Below, piece after piece: positions 1 to 14,338 of a stretch of 64,000 bases of DNA (position 1 is its first letter; each line of letters starts with the position of its first letter). A model generated the notes under the pieces. It ran no database searches. It saw only the letters and a list, made by a program, of their open reading frames with translations, and was not told where the DNA came from. The position numbers and the translations under genes were made by a program. Origin of the DNA: Eledone cirrhosa (taxonomy: Eukaryota); NCBI GenBank assembly GCA_964016885.1, contig OZ024744.1, positions 56,358,001 to 56,422,000 on the forward strand, written 5' to 3'.

Positions 1-499
1 CTATCAATTTTCTGCTAATAGTATGCCTACTACTCAGCCCAATGCTGTTCTATACATGCATATTGAAGCGGGGTAACTGACCTCACAGGATGAATAAGGG
101 GTAGGGGTAGCTGGTTAGTGTATGGAGAGAGGGGATGTAGCAGTGCGGGGGATGTGCTTGATAGTGAGGGGGAGGGGAGTCACGGGGGTGGGATATATAT
201 TATGTTTTATTTTATTTATTTCTCAGTCAACTCCATCATCTCCCATAAATGTTCCCCCTGCTTGCCTTTAGCAACCTGCTCACATTGTTGACACATCCCA
301 CCCACCTGCCAACCCACCACCTTTCAGTCCATTGCTTTTCACACATACCCCTCTCTCATTGTACTTGCAACATGGCTGCGTAAAAGGATGTAGTGTGTGT
401 ACGTCTGTGAAACATATACATATACACCAGGTCTGAACACAAAGGAACCAAACTCCCACTGTCACTGCCTCTGTCTCTCATGCTCTCTCCATCTCTCAC

Positions 500-750
500 T
501 ATTATGAACAAATGGGGGTCCACATGCTGGTTGCTCCACAGCCCTGGTGGACAGAATAGAGAAGGTGTTTCCCGGGGATGATGGTGAGGGAGATGTGCTG
601 GAAGAGCCATTCCAGCTCACCAGGGTCACACCTGCAGATAGCCAACTCTGTGCTGATAGTAGGGAGTTGGGAGGTAACCCAAGGACACCAGAAGTCTCCA
701 CTGTTAGGGGCTCGACTGCAGACCTGATGGAGAGTGACCGATATTACTAA
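500..750 (-). mobile_element. second CRE-type RLE C-terminal fragment
   Basis: Nucleotide similarity to 19925-20120 (ETSGVLG..., GNTFSIL). Confidence 0.75.
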
Positions 751-839
751 TGTCGATTCACTACACTGTGGACCATAACTATGCTTAGAAAGGTCAATGA
801 GTGATTCTTAAGATGCATGAGTGACTGCCCATGACTAAG

Positions 840-1165
840 GGCGCAGTCACTCTGAGTAAAATAAGAATGCATGGGGCAGATGTTGAGTTTTGTAAGTCAT
901 TGAGATGGTAGATCATTTAGGATGGAAGAGACACCAGTTAAAAACAAGTGCATTAGGCAAATGTGAAGGCAACCCATCTAGGAGTGCAGTGACTCCAATT
1001 AAAAACAACTGCATGGGACAGATGTGGATTCAGTAAGCTGTAGTGAAAGCAGCAGATCTAGGGGGTAGATACTCTGATTAAAATGACTGCATGGGTAGAT
1101 GTGAACTTGATAAGTCATAGTGAAGACAACATATCTAGGAGAGTAGACTATCTAAATAAAAACTG
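840..1165. repeat. degenerate ~78-80-bp tandem repeat (about 4 copies)
   Basis: Recurrent tgcatggg..agatgt..gtaag..atctagg motif. Confidence 0.6.
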
Positions 1166-1339
1166 ACATAAAGTGGCACAAATAATGCACCCAGTCCATG
1201 CTGTAAAGTGGTTGGTGACAGGAAGAACATCCAGCCAATAAACCCTGCCAAGGGAATGGAAGCTAAAGGACTTTCTGTTTAAACTAGGTTTAGAAAGGCT
1301 CTACGGGCACATATGATGAGATGGGAGATGAGTTAGATA

Positions 1340-4300
1340 CATATGATGCAGAGGACAACTAGAAATTTTTACGTGACAACCTTTTGCAAACTACTGATGA
1401 GACTTGTGGCTGGAGCAAAATGCCAGCCAGACAGAGGGTGACCTGGTGGTGGAACAGCACAGTGGATAGAGTCATTAAGGCCAAGGGACAGGCATGGAAA
1501 GACTGGAAAAATGGGGATAGCAAAGACCAGTACCAGGTAGCTAAGGGAGAAGCTAGATAACAGGTGTACATAGCTTGGAAAGAAACCGAAGAAAAAAAGT
1601 TTACCAATGTCTTGTGACATGAAGATCAGAGCCCTGAGGTATTCTGCATTGCAAGGCAGTGTGCCAGTGGGAATTGGGAAGTTGTTTGGGGAAAAGTGTG
1701 TTTGAAATGACACTTAGCATTTAGTACCACTGATGCTCAAAAGAAAGAGACCTGGAAATGTTACTATGGGAGGCTGATAAATATGGAAAATGAGTGGGAG
1801 GAAGGGAGACTACCCCCAGATGACCTAACAGAGGGATCAGTCATGGAAATCAACAGTTATAGAGCCAAAGAAGCAATCAAGGAGATGAAAAATGGAAAAG
1901 CCATGGGATCATCAGAGATAGCTGCTGAGATGTTAAAAGTATTGGGAGTAGTAGGAGCTGAACTAATAACCCATATAATAAATCAGGTAATACAGGACAG
2001 TGTCATACACAATCACTGGTGGAGCAGTACAATCATAAATTACTACACGGGCTCTAGAAAGATGCTCTAGAAACGAGCAACTATAGAGGAATAAAACTAA
2101 TAGACCAAGTTATAAAAATGACAGAAACATGTTCTAACACAGCTAATTAGGGAAAGAGACAAATTAGATGAGATGCAGTTTGGTATCATACCTGGAAAAA
2201 GTACTACAGCTGCCTTCTTCTTAATGAGACAACTACAAGAGAATTTCCATCCAAGAATGGATGTGTAACAGTAATATACGTGAACGGCAAAGCATAAACG
2301 AACTAAGGAAAAAATTAGAGATAAGAGGGATCAGATGTTGTTTACTCGAGAGAAGGCTACGTTGGTATGGACACGTGATGCGCATGAAAGTCGATAGCTG
2401 TATAACAAAGTGCAGGGCAATAAAGATAGACGGTAGTCACGGAATAGGCAGACCTAGAAAAACCTGGGACGAGCTGATAAACTCCGACATCACACACTTA
2501 CACCTCTCCAAGACAATGTCACTGGACCGAGACCTTTGGCGGTACTCAGTAACAGAGAAGACCCGCCTTACCTAAATATATAGTAAAACCTACTCCAGCC
2601 AGTAGGCATCTCTAACAAAACACACCCCGTCCCACCACCCCCACCCCCACCCGATCCACACCACCCCGTTCTATGTAAAGTTATGTTGGTGCCGCGCCAT
2701 CGAGGCCGAAACAAATGAGATCGTGTAGGTGTCACGACAAAAAAACACACAGTCCACGCTGTAATGTGGCCGTGTAGGCAACACGGTAAAAACCTCCCAG
2801 ACCCACACTGTAAATGTGGTTGGTGTTAGGAAGGGCATCCAACTGTAGAAAACCTGCCAGACAGTCCTATGCGAGCAAGACAATCACTCTTGCCTCAAGT
2901 GGGACTACCCCCGTCCAAACCCATGCAAGCGTGGAACACGGACGTTAAACGTTGATGATGATGATGATGATGATGATTTAGCTTTTGTTGATCTAGAAAA
3001 GGCTTTGACAGATTACCTTGAACTGTTATCTGCTGGTCCTTAAGGGAATTAGGTGTAAAAGAATGGTTTGTGAAAGCAGTGCAAGCAATGTTCAGAGGAG
3101 CTATCAGTAAAGTGAGAGTTGGAAATAAGTTTAGTGAGAAATTCAAGGTACAGGTAGGATTCCATCGGGGTTCAGTTCTTAGCCCACAGCTGTTCATCAT
3201 AGTTCTCCAAACCATAACAGAATAGTTTAATACTGGTTGTTAATGGGAACCTCCTTATGTGGATGATTTGGTCCTTATAGCTGAATCCATAGAAGAACTA
3301 GAAAATAAGTTCTGACAGTGGAAACAAAATTTACAATTAAATCGGCTGAGGATAAACTTAGAAGAAAACTGTGTTAGTATGCAGGAAAGAAGACAAAACT
3401 CTGATTTCACCAGGGAAGTGGCCCTGCTTGATATGCAGAAAAGGAGTCAGCAAAAACTCTATACAATGTACACAATGCAAATCTTAGGTGCACAAGAGGT
3501 TTAGTGGGATAGCAGGGAGACTAACAGAAAGAGAAGACTTTATATGTACTAGAGGCACAGGGGATATCAGTGGGAAGAGCATCAGTGATATAAACCTTTT
3601 TCAATTACATGAAGGATTTATAGAAGTGGTTGATAGCTACTGTTGCCTAGGTCTAATTAGCAGTGGAGGAGAGTACTCCAAGAGTATAATATCTAGAATA
3701 GGAACAAATTCAGAGAGAAGAAATTCAGAGAGCTACTACCTCTGTTGACAACAAAAAGTTTCTCATTGCAGAGGATATGTGCAGGCTGGAGAGAAATGAA
3801 GCAAGCATGCTTCAATGGATGTGCAATGTAAATGTGAGAGAAAGGCAGAGCTTGGATGAACTGAGGGAGAAACAGGGTTTAAGAAGAATCAGAAGTGGTG
3901 TACAAGAGAAAAGACTGTGTTGGTATGGACAAGTGATACACTTGAGTGGTGATCACTGAGTGAAGAAGTGCCAGGGAAATCCCAGTGGAAGGAAGCTGTA
4001 GTAGAATTAGACCAGGGAAGACCTGGATAGATGTGGTGAGAGCTGATCACAAATTTATCAAACTCATAGAGATGACAAAGAAACGTGGCGAGTGGAGAAA
4101 TTCTGTGCTGAAAAGGACTCATTCAACACTTGGAAAAGTGGATGTAAGAATGACAATGACGATGATGATACATACAGACAGATACATACATGACATACAT
4201 ATACACATGTATACACACACACACACACACATACACACACATACACATATATTTACATGGTAATGAGACTTGGGCTTACGAAGATTAGAAAGAAATGAGG

Positions 4301-4590
4301 AGAGCATGTTTCGATGGATGTGAAATAATAGTATACAAGAGGCATCAGGTGCAGTGTGCAGAAGAGGCAGCTGCAATAGAATGGACTTGTAATGTATAGG
4401 AAAGATGACAACTGCATAAAGAAATGCAGGGTGCTTGAAGTCAAGGGAACCCTTGAAAGGGGATGACCTAGGAAAACCTGTTTGTGTGGAGAGGATCGAT
4501 CTCATGCAGCTGAACCTCACAAAGGAGATGACCCAGGACTGAGAAAATTGGCAATATTCTATAATACGAGCAACTCTCGTTCCCATGCAA
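1340..4590 (+). mobile_element. nested, degenerate RTE LINE fragments, with a younger 3' end at about 2255-2975 inserted into an older copy
   Basis: Broken ORFs with RTE RT and C-terminal motifs ([23 protein letters not shown]); (GAT)n tails. Confidence 0.85.
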
Positions 4591-5324
4591 GTGAAATGAA
4601 GCAGCACAAGGAGGATGGCTAACCCCATATCTCCCTCCACCCCAAACATGAAGAAGCAGCGAGATGGAACAACTTTCAGGACCTCACCTGCCATATAGTC
4701 CTGACTTCTTTGCCCAACCCATGCTAGCCTGAAAATCTAGGAAGAACCTTGACTGATTCCCACCCTTGCTGAATCCTTGCATCCACAACACTTTCTCAAC
4801 CCAGGAAGGCCTGGAACACCACCAAATGACAGACACCACCCACCCAACCACTTTCTCCAAGCAGTACATAAATGACCCCCCCCCCCCTCTATAGACATCC
4901 CCAATGACTCCCTCCCTCCCAGTAATACCATGCCAGTACCTCAGCCTCACCCCACTCCAGTATGACAATGTACACTGAACACTCTAGTGCTGTAATAAAA
5001 TTGTTCTTGTGGCATGACAAAAAGTGCCCAATCCTCCCTTTAATGTGGTAGTGTGGGTGTCATGATAAAATGCCCCCAGTATATTCTAAAAAGCGGCTGG
5101 CTTTAGGAAGGCATCTAGCCGTAGAAATCATGCACCCAGTACACACTGTAAATTGGTTAATGTTAGGAAGGGCATCCGGCTGTAGAAACCAAGCCAAAAT
5201 AAAGCATATGAGCAGGACCAAGTCACGTGACTATTCTGGTCTCAGCACACCACAGCTGCCTAACACATGCAAACATGGGAAATAGATGTTAAACAGTGAT
5301 GATGATGATGATATATGTATGTAT

Positions 5325-5360
<36 letters not shown>

Positions 5361-7274
5361 GAGATGATAGGATTGGGGTCCCTTTCATTCCAGGTGTGCC
5401 ATGGCAATAAAGCACCCAGCCCACACTGTAAAGTGGACGTGTAGGCACCACAGCAAAAAAGCACCCAGCACTCGCTGTAAATGAGGTTGGTGTTAGGAAG
5501 GGCATCCAGCTGTAGAAATCAAGCCAAATCAGTTCCTGTCCTACCCTTGCAAGCAGGGAAAATGGGATATAAAATGATGATGATGAGGATGATGATGATG
5601 ATGATGATACACAATTAATGGTGCTGCTAATTTTATCAAAGTTGGTCAGTTAGTTAGCTTAGCAGAAATATTGTTAATGGGTTGTGAGATTGCATCCGGT
5701 TACACGACACTTAATTCTTTAGCTGCTCAGTGAATCTGGTATCAGATGTATTGCTGTCTATTCTGGTGTATATTCTGGACATCATGACTTCCCAGATAGC
5801 ACAAAATCTCCATGACGACCATATCTTCGTTTCTGTCAAAAAGCTCTATATACTATTGTCTGTTATTATCTTAGTGATTAGAGACAAATGGAAGTAATTA
5901 GATCATAAATGGCTTTGCTGGGTTTTCTGATACTTTTTGTATTTTCTCTTTGATTATTTAATCTAATTTTAATCTATTAATAATATAATTTAAACACTCT
6001 GTGTACTCTCTGTTACCCTCACTCCCACTTCATTGGATTTATCGCCCTTTGGATAAGCACACACACACACACACACACACCCATGCATATGCACATGCAC
6101 ACACACACCATAAACTCATGTTCACACACACATGTGCATGCACCTATACAAACATATGCATGCACACCATAAACTCATGCTCATACACACAAACATACAC
6201 ACACATGAGCACATGTGCACATGCACACAAACATACACATGAGTTCACGTGCGAGCACGTGCACACAGACACATACATAAGTACATGTGTGCACACACAT
6301 ACAAACACACATTCACACACATGCACAGATACATGGGCACTTACACACAGATACATGGGCATGCACATACACACACAATCACACACATTGTAATATAGTT
6401 TTGTCCCAAGTAATTAACTATAAACATGAATATTAATCACCTGTATATTTTCAACAGGTATCCACTAAGCAAACAATTGCAGTTTCATGCAGTTTATATA
6501 ATAAGGGGATGCTTTTGTGGTCCTGTCTGCAGGGCGCAGCCCCATTACCGCTGTGCCCTAGGCCTGGAACCCAATCCCCCTCCCCCATCCCCATTCTTCT
6601 GTGACACTAGAACCCATGCCTTTCTCTTTCTTGTCCGTTTTTTTTAAAGAATATTTTCTTATCTTACATTCCATTCTTTCTTTTCAATCTAAATTTTTTT
6701 TTCTTTTTCTATTTCTTCTGGCCAACATGGTAAAGCAAGCCACATCGGACACTGGAATAGTTCCTTTATTTTCCTCGGCAGAAGAGATATTAATCTCAAA
6801 ATATCAGGACATATGAATAAATTAAGGTAAAAAAACAACCCCTATTTCTTATATATATATAATTATTCTCTGTCCAACCCCGTATTGTCGTGGCTTTCAA
6901 ACTTCAACTTCTTTATAGCAAAGGATACAATGCTTCAAGTAAACTACAAATTCCTTTTTTTCTATTAAATTGTATTTACATGATATATTAATTCAATCAT
7001 AAACAAACTAATTAATGATTTGCAAAAGAAATGATTTGGTGAAAAAAAATGAAAGACCGCTCCTTCACAAAAAAAAAATGAACAAATAGAGAAGACATTG
7101 CACACTCAGTTACACCTACAACAGGGAATGTTGATGTTCCCTTCTAAAAAATTTTGAAGCAAACCAAAATGCTCATGAGATTGTCACAGGTGATAGTGAA
7201 GTTGGGGTGCTGGAATTGCCAAGCACACTCACGAACATCAGATAACACTTCAGTATGGCAAGCCACTTGGTTAA

Positions 7275-8643
7275 CAGTAGCCCAGTTGTTACAAACATAG
7301 GTAAAACCTTGTAGTCAGTAGTCCAGCTGTCCTAAACATAGGTAAAACTTTGTGGTCAGTAGCCCAGTTGTCCCCCAAAAAGGTAAAACCTTGTGGTCAG
7401 TAGCCCAACTGTCCTAAACATAGGTAAAACTTTGTGGTCAGTAGCCCAGTTGTCCCCCCAAAAGGTAAAACCTTGTGGTCAGTAGCCCAACTGTCCTAAA
7501 CATAGGTAAAACTTTGTGGTCAGTAGCCCAGTTGTCCCCCAAAAAGGTAAAACCTTGTGGTCAATAGCCCAACTGTCCTAAACATAGGTAAAACTTTGTG
7601 GTCAGTAGCCCAGTTGTCCCCCAAAAAGGTAAAACCTTGTGGTCAGTAGCCCAACTGTCCTAAACATAGGTAAAACTTTGTGGTCAGTAGCCCAGTTGTC
7701 CCCCAAAAAGGTAAAACCTTGTGGTCAATAGCCCAACTGTCCTAAACATAGGTAAAACTTTGTGGTCAGTAGCCCAGTTGTCCCCCAAAAAGGTAAAACC
7801 TTGTGGTCAGTAGCTCAACTGTCCTAAACATAGGTAAAACTTTGTGGTCAGAAGCCCAGTTGTCCCCCAAAAAGGTAAAACCTTGTGGTCAGTAGCCCAA
7901 CTGTCCTAAACATAGGTAAAACTTTGTGGTCAGTAGCCCAGTTGTCCCCCAAAAAGGTAAAACCTTGTGGTCAGTAGTCCAGGTTTCCCAAACATTGGTA
8001 AAACCTTGTGGTCAGTAGCCCAGCTATCCTAAACATAGGTAAAACTTTGTCGTCAGTAGTCCAGCTGTCCTAAACATTGGTAAGACCTTGTGGTCAGCAG
8101 TTCAGTTTTCCTAAACATATGTAAAACTTTGTGGTCAGTGGTCCAGCTTCAGTGATCCAGCTATCCTAAACATAGGTAAAACCTTGTGGTCAGTAGTGCA
8201 GTTTTAGTGATCCAGTTGTCCCAAACATAGGTAAAACTTTGTAGTCAGTAGTTAGGCTATCCCACACATAGGTAAAACTTTGTGGTCAGTAGTCAGGCTA
8301 TCCCACACATAGGTAAAACTTTGTGGTCAGTAGTTAGGCTATCCCACACATTGGTAAAACTTTGTGGTCAGTAGTTAGGCTATCCCACACATAGGTAAAA
8401 CTTTGTGGTCAGTAGTCAGGCTATCCCACACATAGGTAAAACTTTGTGGTCAGTAGTCAGGCTATCCCACACATAGGTAAAACTTTGTGGTCAGTAGTCA
8501 GGCTATCCCACACATAGGTAAAACTTTGTGGTCAGTAGTCAGGCTATCCCACACATTGGTAAAACTTTGCGGTCAGTAGTCAGGCTATCCCACACATTGG
8601 TAAAACTTTGTGGTCAGTAGTCAGGCTATCCCACACATAGGTA
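7275..8643. repeat. 41-bp minisatellite, about 33 copies, with an 82-bp dimeric higher-order block and a second homogenised variant
   Basis: ggtaaaac anchors recur every 41 bp (7505, 7546, 7587, 7628; 8230, 8271). Confidence 0.95.
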
Positions 8644-9034
8644 ATTTTTTTGAGAATATATGTAATGTTTCAAACATCGATAGAAATAGAGAATTTGTTA
8701 TTTAAATAATTTGTGTATTTAATTAACCCTGTTATTACCATATTTCTAATGGAATACACTTCCTAAATTTTTTTAATAATTTTGAAAAAATTTAAGAATT
8801 TGGATGAGTTAAGCAATATACCATATATATTCATGTTTAAACCAAGAATTATATGACAACGGCATTGATGATAAATTCAAGGTTAAAATTTTGCCAATTT
8901 TCACCAACTTCAACATCCATGTAACTAAGGCACTAACATATCTGGAGTGATTGCTTTTTACCATGCCACATTAACCATAGGTATTAATTTACTTTTCATG
9001 TTTCAATGTTTTTGATTTTGATAAGCATGTTTTG

Positions 9035-11200
9035 CAATGTGAGGACCAGAAACAGGAGGTGTTCAAGATTGCGAGGCAGTGTGTCAGAGAGAATTATGAT
9101 GTCATTGGAGAGAAGTATATCCAGAATGATGAAGGTGAGCTTGCCCTCACATGTGCTGAGAAGAAAGATGCGTGGAAGAGCCATTATGAAAGATTACTAA
9201 ATGAGGATATATGCATAGGAGAAAGAGACTCTACCCCAAGTAGACCCTATAGAAGGGCCAGCAGTACAAGTCAACAGCAGCGTAGTAAGTAAGGCAATTA
9301 AAGATTTGAAGACTGGGAAGGCAAGCGGTCCATCGGGTATAGCTGCTGAGATGCTGAAAGCATCTGGGTCGGTAGGTCACACCTTAACCACACATATTGT
9401 TAACCAGGTAATACTAGAGGGTATTATACCAAAGGATTGGTGCAGCAGCATCATTGTCAACTGCTACAAGGGTAAAGGTGATGCACTAGATAGAGGAAAC
9501 TATAGAGGTATAAAGCTGATGGACCAGGTCATGAAAGTAACAGAAAGAGTTATAGCACAGTTGATTAGGGACTGGGTAAAACTAGATGAGATGCAATTTG
9601 GGTTTATGCCAGGAAAAGGCACGACTGATGCCCTCTTCCTTGTGAGGCAGTTACAGGAAAAGTATGTAGCTAAAAGTAAGCTGCTCTACCTGGCCTTTGT
9701 CGATCTGGAAAAAGCCTTCGACAGAGTGCCCTGTGCTATAATCTGGTGGGCTCTTAGAAAACTAGGAGTAGATGAATGGCTTGTGTAAGCGATACAAACC
9801 ATGTAGAGGGGAGCAGTCAGCAAAGTTAGGATTAGCAATGACTATAGTGAGGAATTTAGAGTACAGGTCGGTGTCCACCAGGGCTCTGTTCTTAGCCCTC
9901 TCCTGTTCATTATAGTATTGCAGGCAATAACAGAGGAGTTTAAGACCGGATGCCCATGGGAACTCCTATATGTGGATGATCTCATACTTATAGCTGAATC
10001 TATGGTGGAACTAGAAAAGAAATTCCAAACATGGAATCATGGACTAGAAAGAATGGGTCTCAAAGTCAACCTGACAAAGACTAAGGTCCTCATAAGTAGC
10101 CGAGAAAACAGAAACCAGATCCCCTCAGGGAAATGGCTTTGCTCAGTATGTAGGAAAGGTCTAGGTAAGAACTCCATCCTCTGCCCCAAATACAAACAAT
10201 GGGTACACAAGAGATGTAGTGGGATTTCAGGAAGCTTAGCTAAGAATGTAGGCTTTACATGTAGCAGCTGGGCTGGGACAGGAAGCAGCAAACGGCCGCT
10301 GGAAACAAGCACCACTTAACTCTGGGAGGGCTCTGTAGAAACAGTAGACAGCTTTTTCTACCTAGGTGACCAAATTAACAGCGGAGGTGGGTGTTCAGAA
10401 AATATAGTAACCAGGGTAAGAACGAGGTGGAAGAAGTTCAGGGAGCTACTGCCACTGCTAGCGGCAAAAGGCTTTTCCCTCAAAATGTATTGCAAACTGT
10501 ATGATGCATGCATACGAACAGCACTGCTACATGGTAGTGAGATCTGGGCGCTGTCTGTGGAAGACTTGCGTAGATTAGAAAGAAATGAAGGTTGCATGTT
10601 CCGATGGATGTGTAATAGTAATATACGCGAACGGCAAAGCATAACTGAATTGAAAGAGAGACTGAGCATAAGATCAATCAAATGGTGTGTGCAGGAGAGG
10701 AGGTTGCATTGGTATGGACGTGTGATGCGTATGAAGGATGACAGCTGCATAAAAAGGTGCAGAGCACTAGAAGTCGATGGAAGCCGTGGAGTGGGGAGAC
10801 CCAAGAAGACCTGGGATGAGGTGATAAAAGCCGACCTTACCCAATTACATGTCTCAAAGGCCATGACACATGACTGTGACCTCTGGCATCACGCAGTAAT
10901 ACAGAAGACCCGACTTCCCATGGGAACAAGCCGAAGCTGAAGCATATAGACAATATGACCCCCCCCCTCCCCCCGCGCACTGCAAAGTGGTCGTGGAGGT
11001 GCCGTGGCAAAAAAGCACCCAGCACTCACTGTAAATGAGGTTGGTGTTAGGAAGGGCATCCAACTGTAGAAATCAAGCCAGAATCAGTTCCCGTAGGAGC
11101 AAGACAAGGTCAGCTGACCGGACACTGCCCACAACAGGACAACCCGTCTAACCCATGCTAGCGTGGAAGAACGGACTTAAAACGGTGATGATGATGATTA
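9035..11200 (+). mobile_element. 5'-truncated RTE LINE (pseudogenised RT + 3' UTR)
   Basis: ORFs 9306-9788, 9918-10319 and 10485-10940 are collinear with the 991-aa ORF; (GAT)n tail. Confidence 0.92.
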
Positions 11201-11574
11201 ATTATGTTATGTAATGCTGCATCATTCAGTATATGGACATGAATGAAATATTGTTTTACTACATCTTAGAAACATTTTTACAAACACATACATACAGCTT
11301 AAAATATATACATACACTAACACACATAGGCAAACACAGGCACACACACACACACACACAGAAGTTAGTGCAGAGAGAAAGAAAGGAATGGAGACAGGAA
11401 AAAAGCATGAGGAAGAAAGAAAGAGAAAGAGTGGAAGAGAGAGAGAGAGAGGAAGAGAGGTGGAAAGAGCGGGAGAGAGAGAGGAGCTGGCTCTATTGTT
11501 GCCAGCTGAAAGAGATGTTAACAAAAATTTGAGAAACCTTATAAAATGGAAGAAACAAAAGCTATACACCAAAC

Positions 11575-12173
11575 CAGGGATATCTAATCTGTGGCCCTAG
11601 GATTGCATGTGACTCTTAAGGATGTTCAGTGTGGCCTTCATAGAACAAGATACAAATTATGCTCTTATCCACCAGATTAGACGTAACCAGAAACTGCATG
11701 ACAGGATTTTTTGCTATGTTTCAAATATTTACACCAATTTTTATATAAATTCAAAATACTTTGCAAAGTAGTTGTAATAGTAATTATCTATATTATAAAA
11801 GGAAACCTGTTTCTCTGTCTCTCGGTCTCTCTGTCTGTCACACATATGTATATATGTGTGCATATGTGTGTGTGTATGTGGAATAAAAATTCCACATATA
11901 GGCAACGCAACTTAAAAAAACGTATGTATGTGTGTGTTTGTTTCTCTATGTCCTTCAACATATAGATAATGCGACTTCAAAAGATTTTCATGTAAAAAAA
12001 AAAATGGGTGTGTCTAACGAGTTTTGATTGAAAACGCGGCAATTTTAAGTGCAAGTCTGTTATCATAAAAACATGAACTGTCCTCAATAGTATGGATAAT
12101 TTTCATATGTGGCCTTCATCTAAATTTTAAATATTAATGTGGCCCTTTCATGTAAAAAGGTTGAGGACACCTG
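11575..12173. mobile_element. hAT/Charlie-like non-autonomous DNA element
   Basis: CAGGG..tgtggccc start, ..gtggccc..aaaaggttgaggacacCTG end; the 8-bp TSD is only partly matched. Confidence 0.45.
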
Positions 12174-12697
12174 CTATAAACAATACTTAAAAACATTTTA
12201 GATATCAAAATATTAAATATTTATAAAAATATTCTCCACTCGTGAGAATTTACAAAACCGCTCCATCTAAACAATGTGTTGATTAGCTGCTTTGGCATAT
12301 ACATAGGGTTTAGAATTTTACCCATTTCTCAGACATAAAATTGGAGAGGTTGGCTTGTATTAAGATTGGCTTATATATGTGTATATATGGCAACTAATAT
12401 TCTCCTTATTAATTTGGTGTTTAAAGCATAATTTTTGAGAGGTTCTTGCATAAAATTATGATGGAATATTTTTAGATAAATATGAACACTGTAAAACAAA
12501 CATCATAGAACCAGGGGTGGTTTCTGGCAGTTTCATATCAAAAGGGTTAAAGTGCAAAATCTTTAATTTTACAAAAAGTGTCAACTTACAGTACAAATGA
12601 AATTTAAAAAAATAATAATTTAGTGAAATCCCCTCCTCTTTATATTTAATCTTATTGATAACCATTTTTATTTTCAAAATTAGTGGGGTTTTTTTCA

Positions 12698-13110
12698 GGT
12701 GGATTGGCAGAATTGGCAGAGCATCGGACAACATGCTTAGTGGCATAGAGTTATAACCCTTTGTGTTGTGAGTTCAAATCCCATCAAGGTTAGCTTTGCT
12801 TTCATCCTTACGGGGTCAATAAAATAAAGTACCAGTAATCCATGGGGTCGATTTAATTGACTTTCCCTTTCCCCCAAAATTGTTGGCCTTGTGCCTAAAT
12901 CAGAAAACATTATTTTGTAGGTGAATTGGCAGTATCGGTAGAGGGTCAGACACCATGCTTTCCAGCATAGTTACGTCCCTCTACGGTCTGAGTTCAAATC
13001 CCGCTGAGGTTAACTTTGCCTTTCGTCCTTACGGGGGTCGATAAAATAAAGTACCAGTAATACACTGGGATAATTGCTGGCCTTGTGCCAAAAGTAGAAA
13101 CAATTATTTT
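12698..13110 (+). mobile_element. tandem pair of tRNA-derived SINEs (central gcctttcatccttacggggtcgataaaataaagtaccag domain)
   Basis: A-box/B-box-like tggcagtatcgg / gagttcaaatcc; (ATT)n tail. The central domain resembles the Meta-SINE domain (from memory, unverified). Confidence 0.8.
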
Positions 13111-13774
13111 GTATAAGCACCATGAAATTTGAAAAAAATTAAAATTAAAATTATTTTATCTATATAACATTACCTGATGTTACTGACAGTGAGAAACGCA
13201 TACACACAAAATTATTCATTGTATGATTAATAAAACTGTAGTTTTATAATCCTATAATTCTAACAAACTACTGACTACTTTCTGATTGGTTTCTTGTTGA
13301 ATCTAAGATTCTGGGTCTTTGAACCACCTCCATACTTACTGTGATTGGAATGGAGATTGCAATCTTCAAAAATGAACCCAAAGAGAGTTACTGGCTCTTT
13401 CTGCCCATTTTCCTCATCATCCCCTGCAGTAATACATTCAATATTCTATCTGCCAGAACTATGAAACATAAGTTTGCATATACTAACTGTGATTTCTTTT
13501 CATTATTAACCCTTTCATTACCATATTTCTAATAAAAGACATTGTCGCTGATTTTCTAATAATTTTGAAATAATCTAGAATTTGGAGGGATTTAGCAATA
13601 TAACTAACCTTCTCATTATTATAAGTTGGTGTGTGGAACATGACTTAAAAAAGGTTCTTATATAAAATTTTGATGGAAGATTTTTAAATATCGTACGGAC
13701 GCAAACATACATCTAGCAGGCACCTTTTAACCACTATACCTAACTACTTCTGTTTACACCACCCTTATACTGTA

Positions 13775-14065
13775 AACTTATGTTGGTATCACAACAAAAA
13801 CACCCAACAAACACTGTAAGGTAGTCGTGTAGGTGTCATGATAAAAAGCACCCAGCCCACACTGTAAAGTGGTCATGTAGGTGTCACAACAAAAAGCACC
13901 CAGCACACACTGTAAAGTGATCATATAGGTGTCATGACTAAAAGCACCCAGTCCACACTGTAAAGTGGTTGTGTAGGTGTCACAACAGAAAGCACCCAGT
14001 CCACACTGAAAAGTGGTCGTGTAGGTGTCATGACAAAAAGCACCCAGTCCACACTGTAAAGTGGT
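13775..14065 (+). repeat. 48-bp tandem repeat (6 copies) inside an RTE/SINE 3' UTR module
   Basis: caccca anchor recurs at 13801, 13849, 13897, 13945, 13993, 14041, followed by the RTE tail. Confidence 0.9.
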
Positions 14066-14338
14066 TGGCATTAGGAAGAGTAGAAATCTAGCCAGAAACA
14101 GTTCTATATGAGCAAGACATGGTCACCTGACCCAACTTGCCTCAAATAGAACAGCATGGAAAATGGACATTAAATGATGATGATGATAGTGATGATGATA
14201 AACACTATAAAACAAACAGTGATTTGAAGCAGTATGGTATCAAAAGACGTCTTTTAATAAAAAACAAACAAACAATAAAAAACAACCTAGATCTATGAAT
14301 CTGTCATTTAGTTTACTGGAATGTGAAAATGATCTCAC

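Noticed and set aside
5640-6820. Candidate location of the AMN VWC exon
   Set aside because: No frame with the expected C..P.G.CC..CG pattern in the segments I translated.
7275-8643. CRISPR-like array
   Set aside because: The variable halves are repeated, not unique spacers; no cas genes; eukaryotic context. It is a minisatellite.
12698-13110. tRNA genes at SINE heads
   Set aside because: A/B boxes are present but there is no cloverleaf, and they continue into the SINE body.
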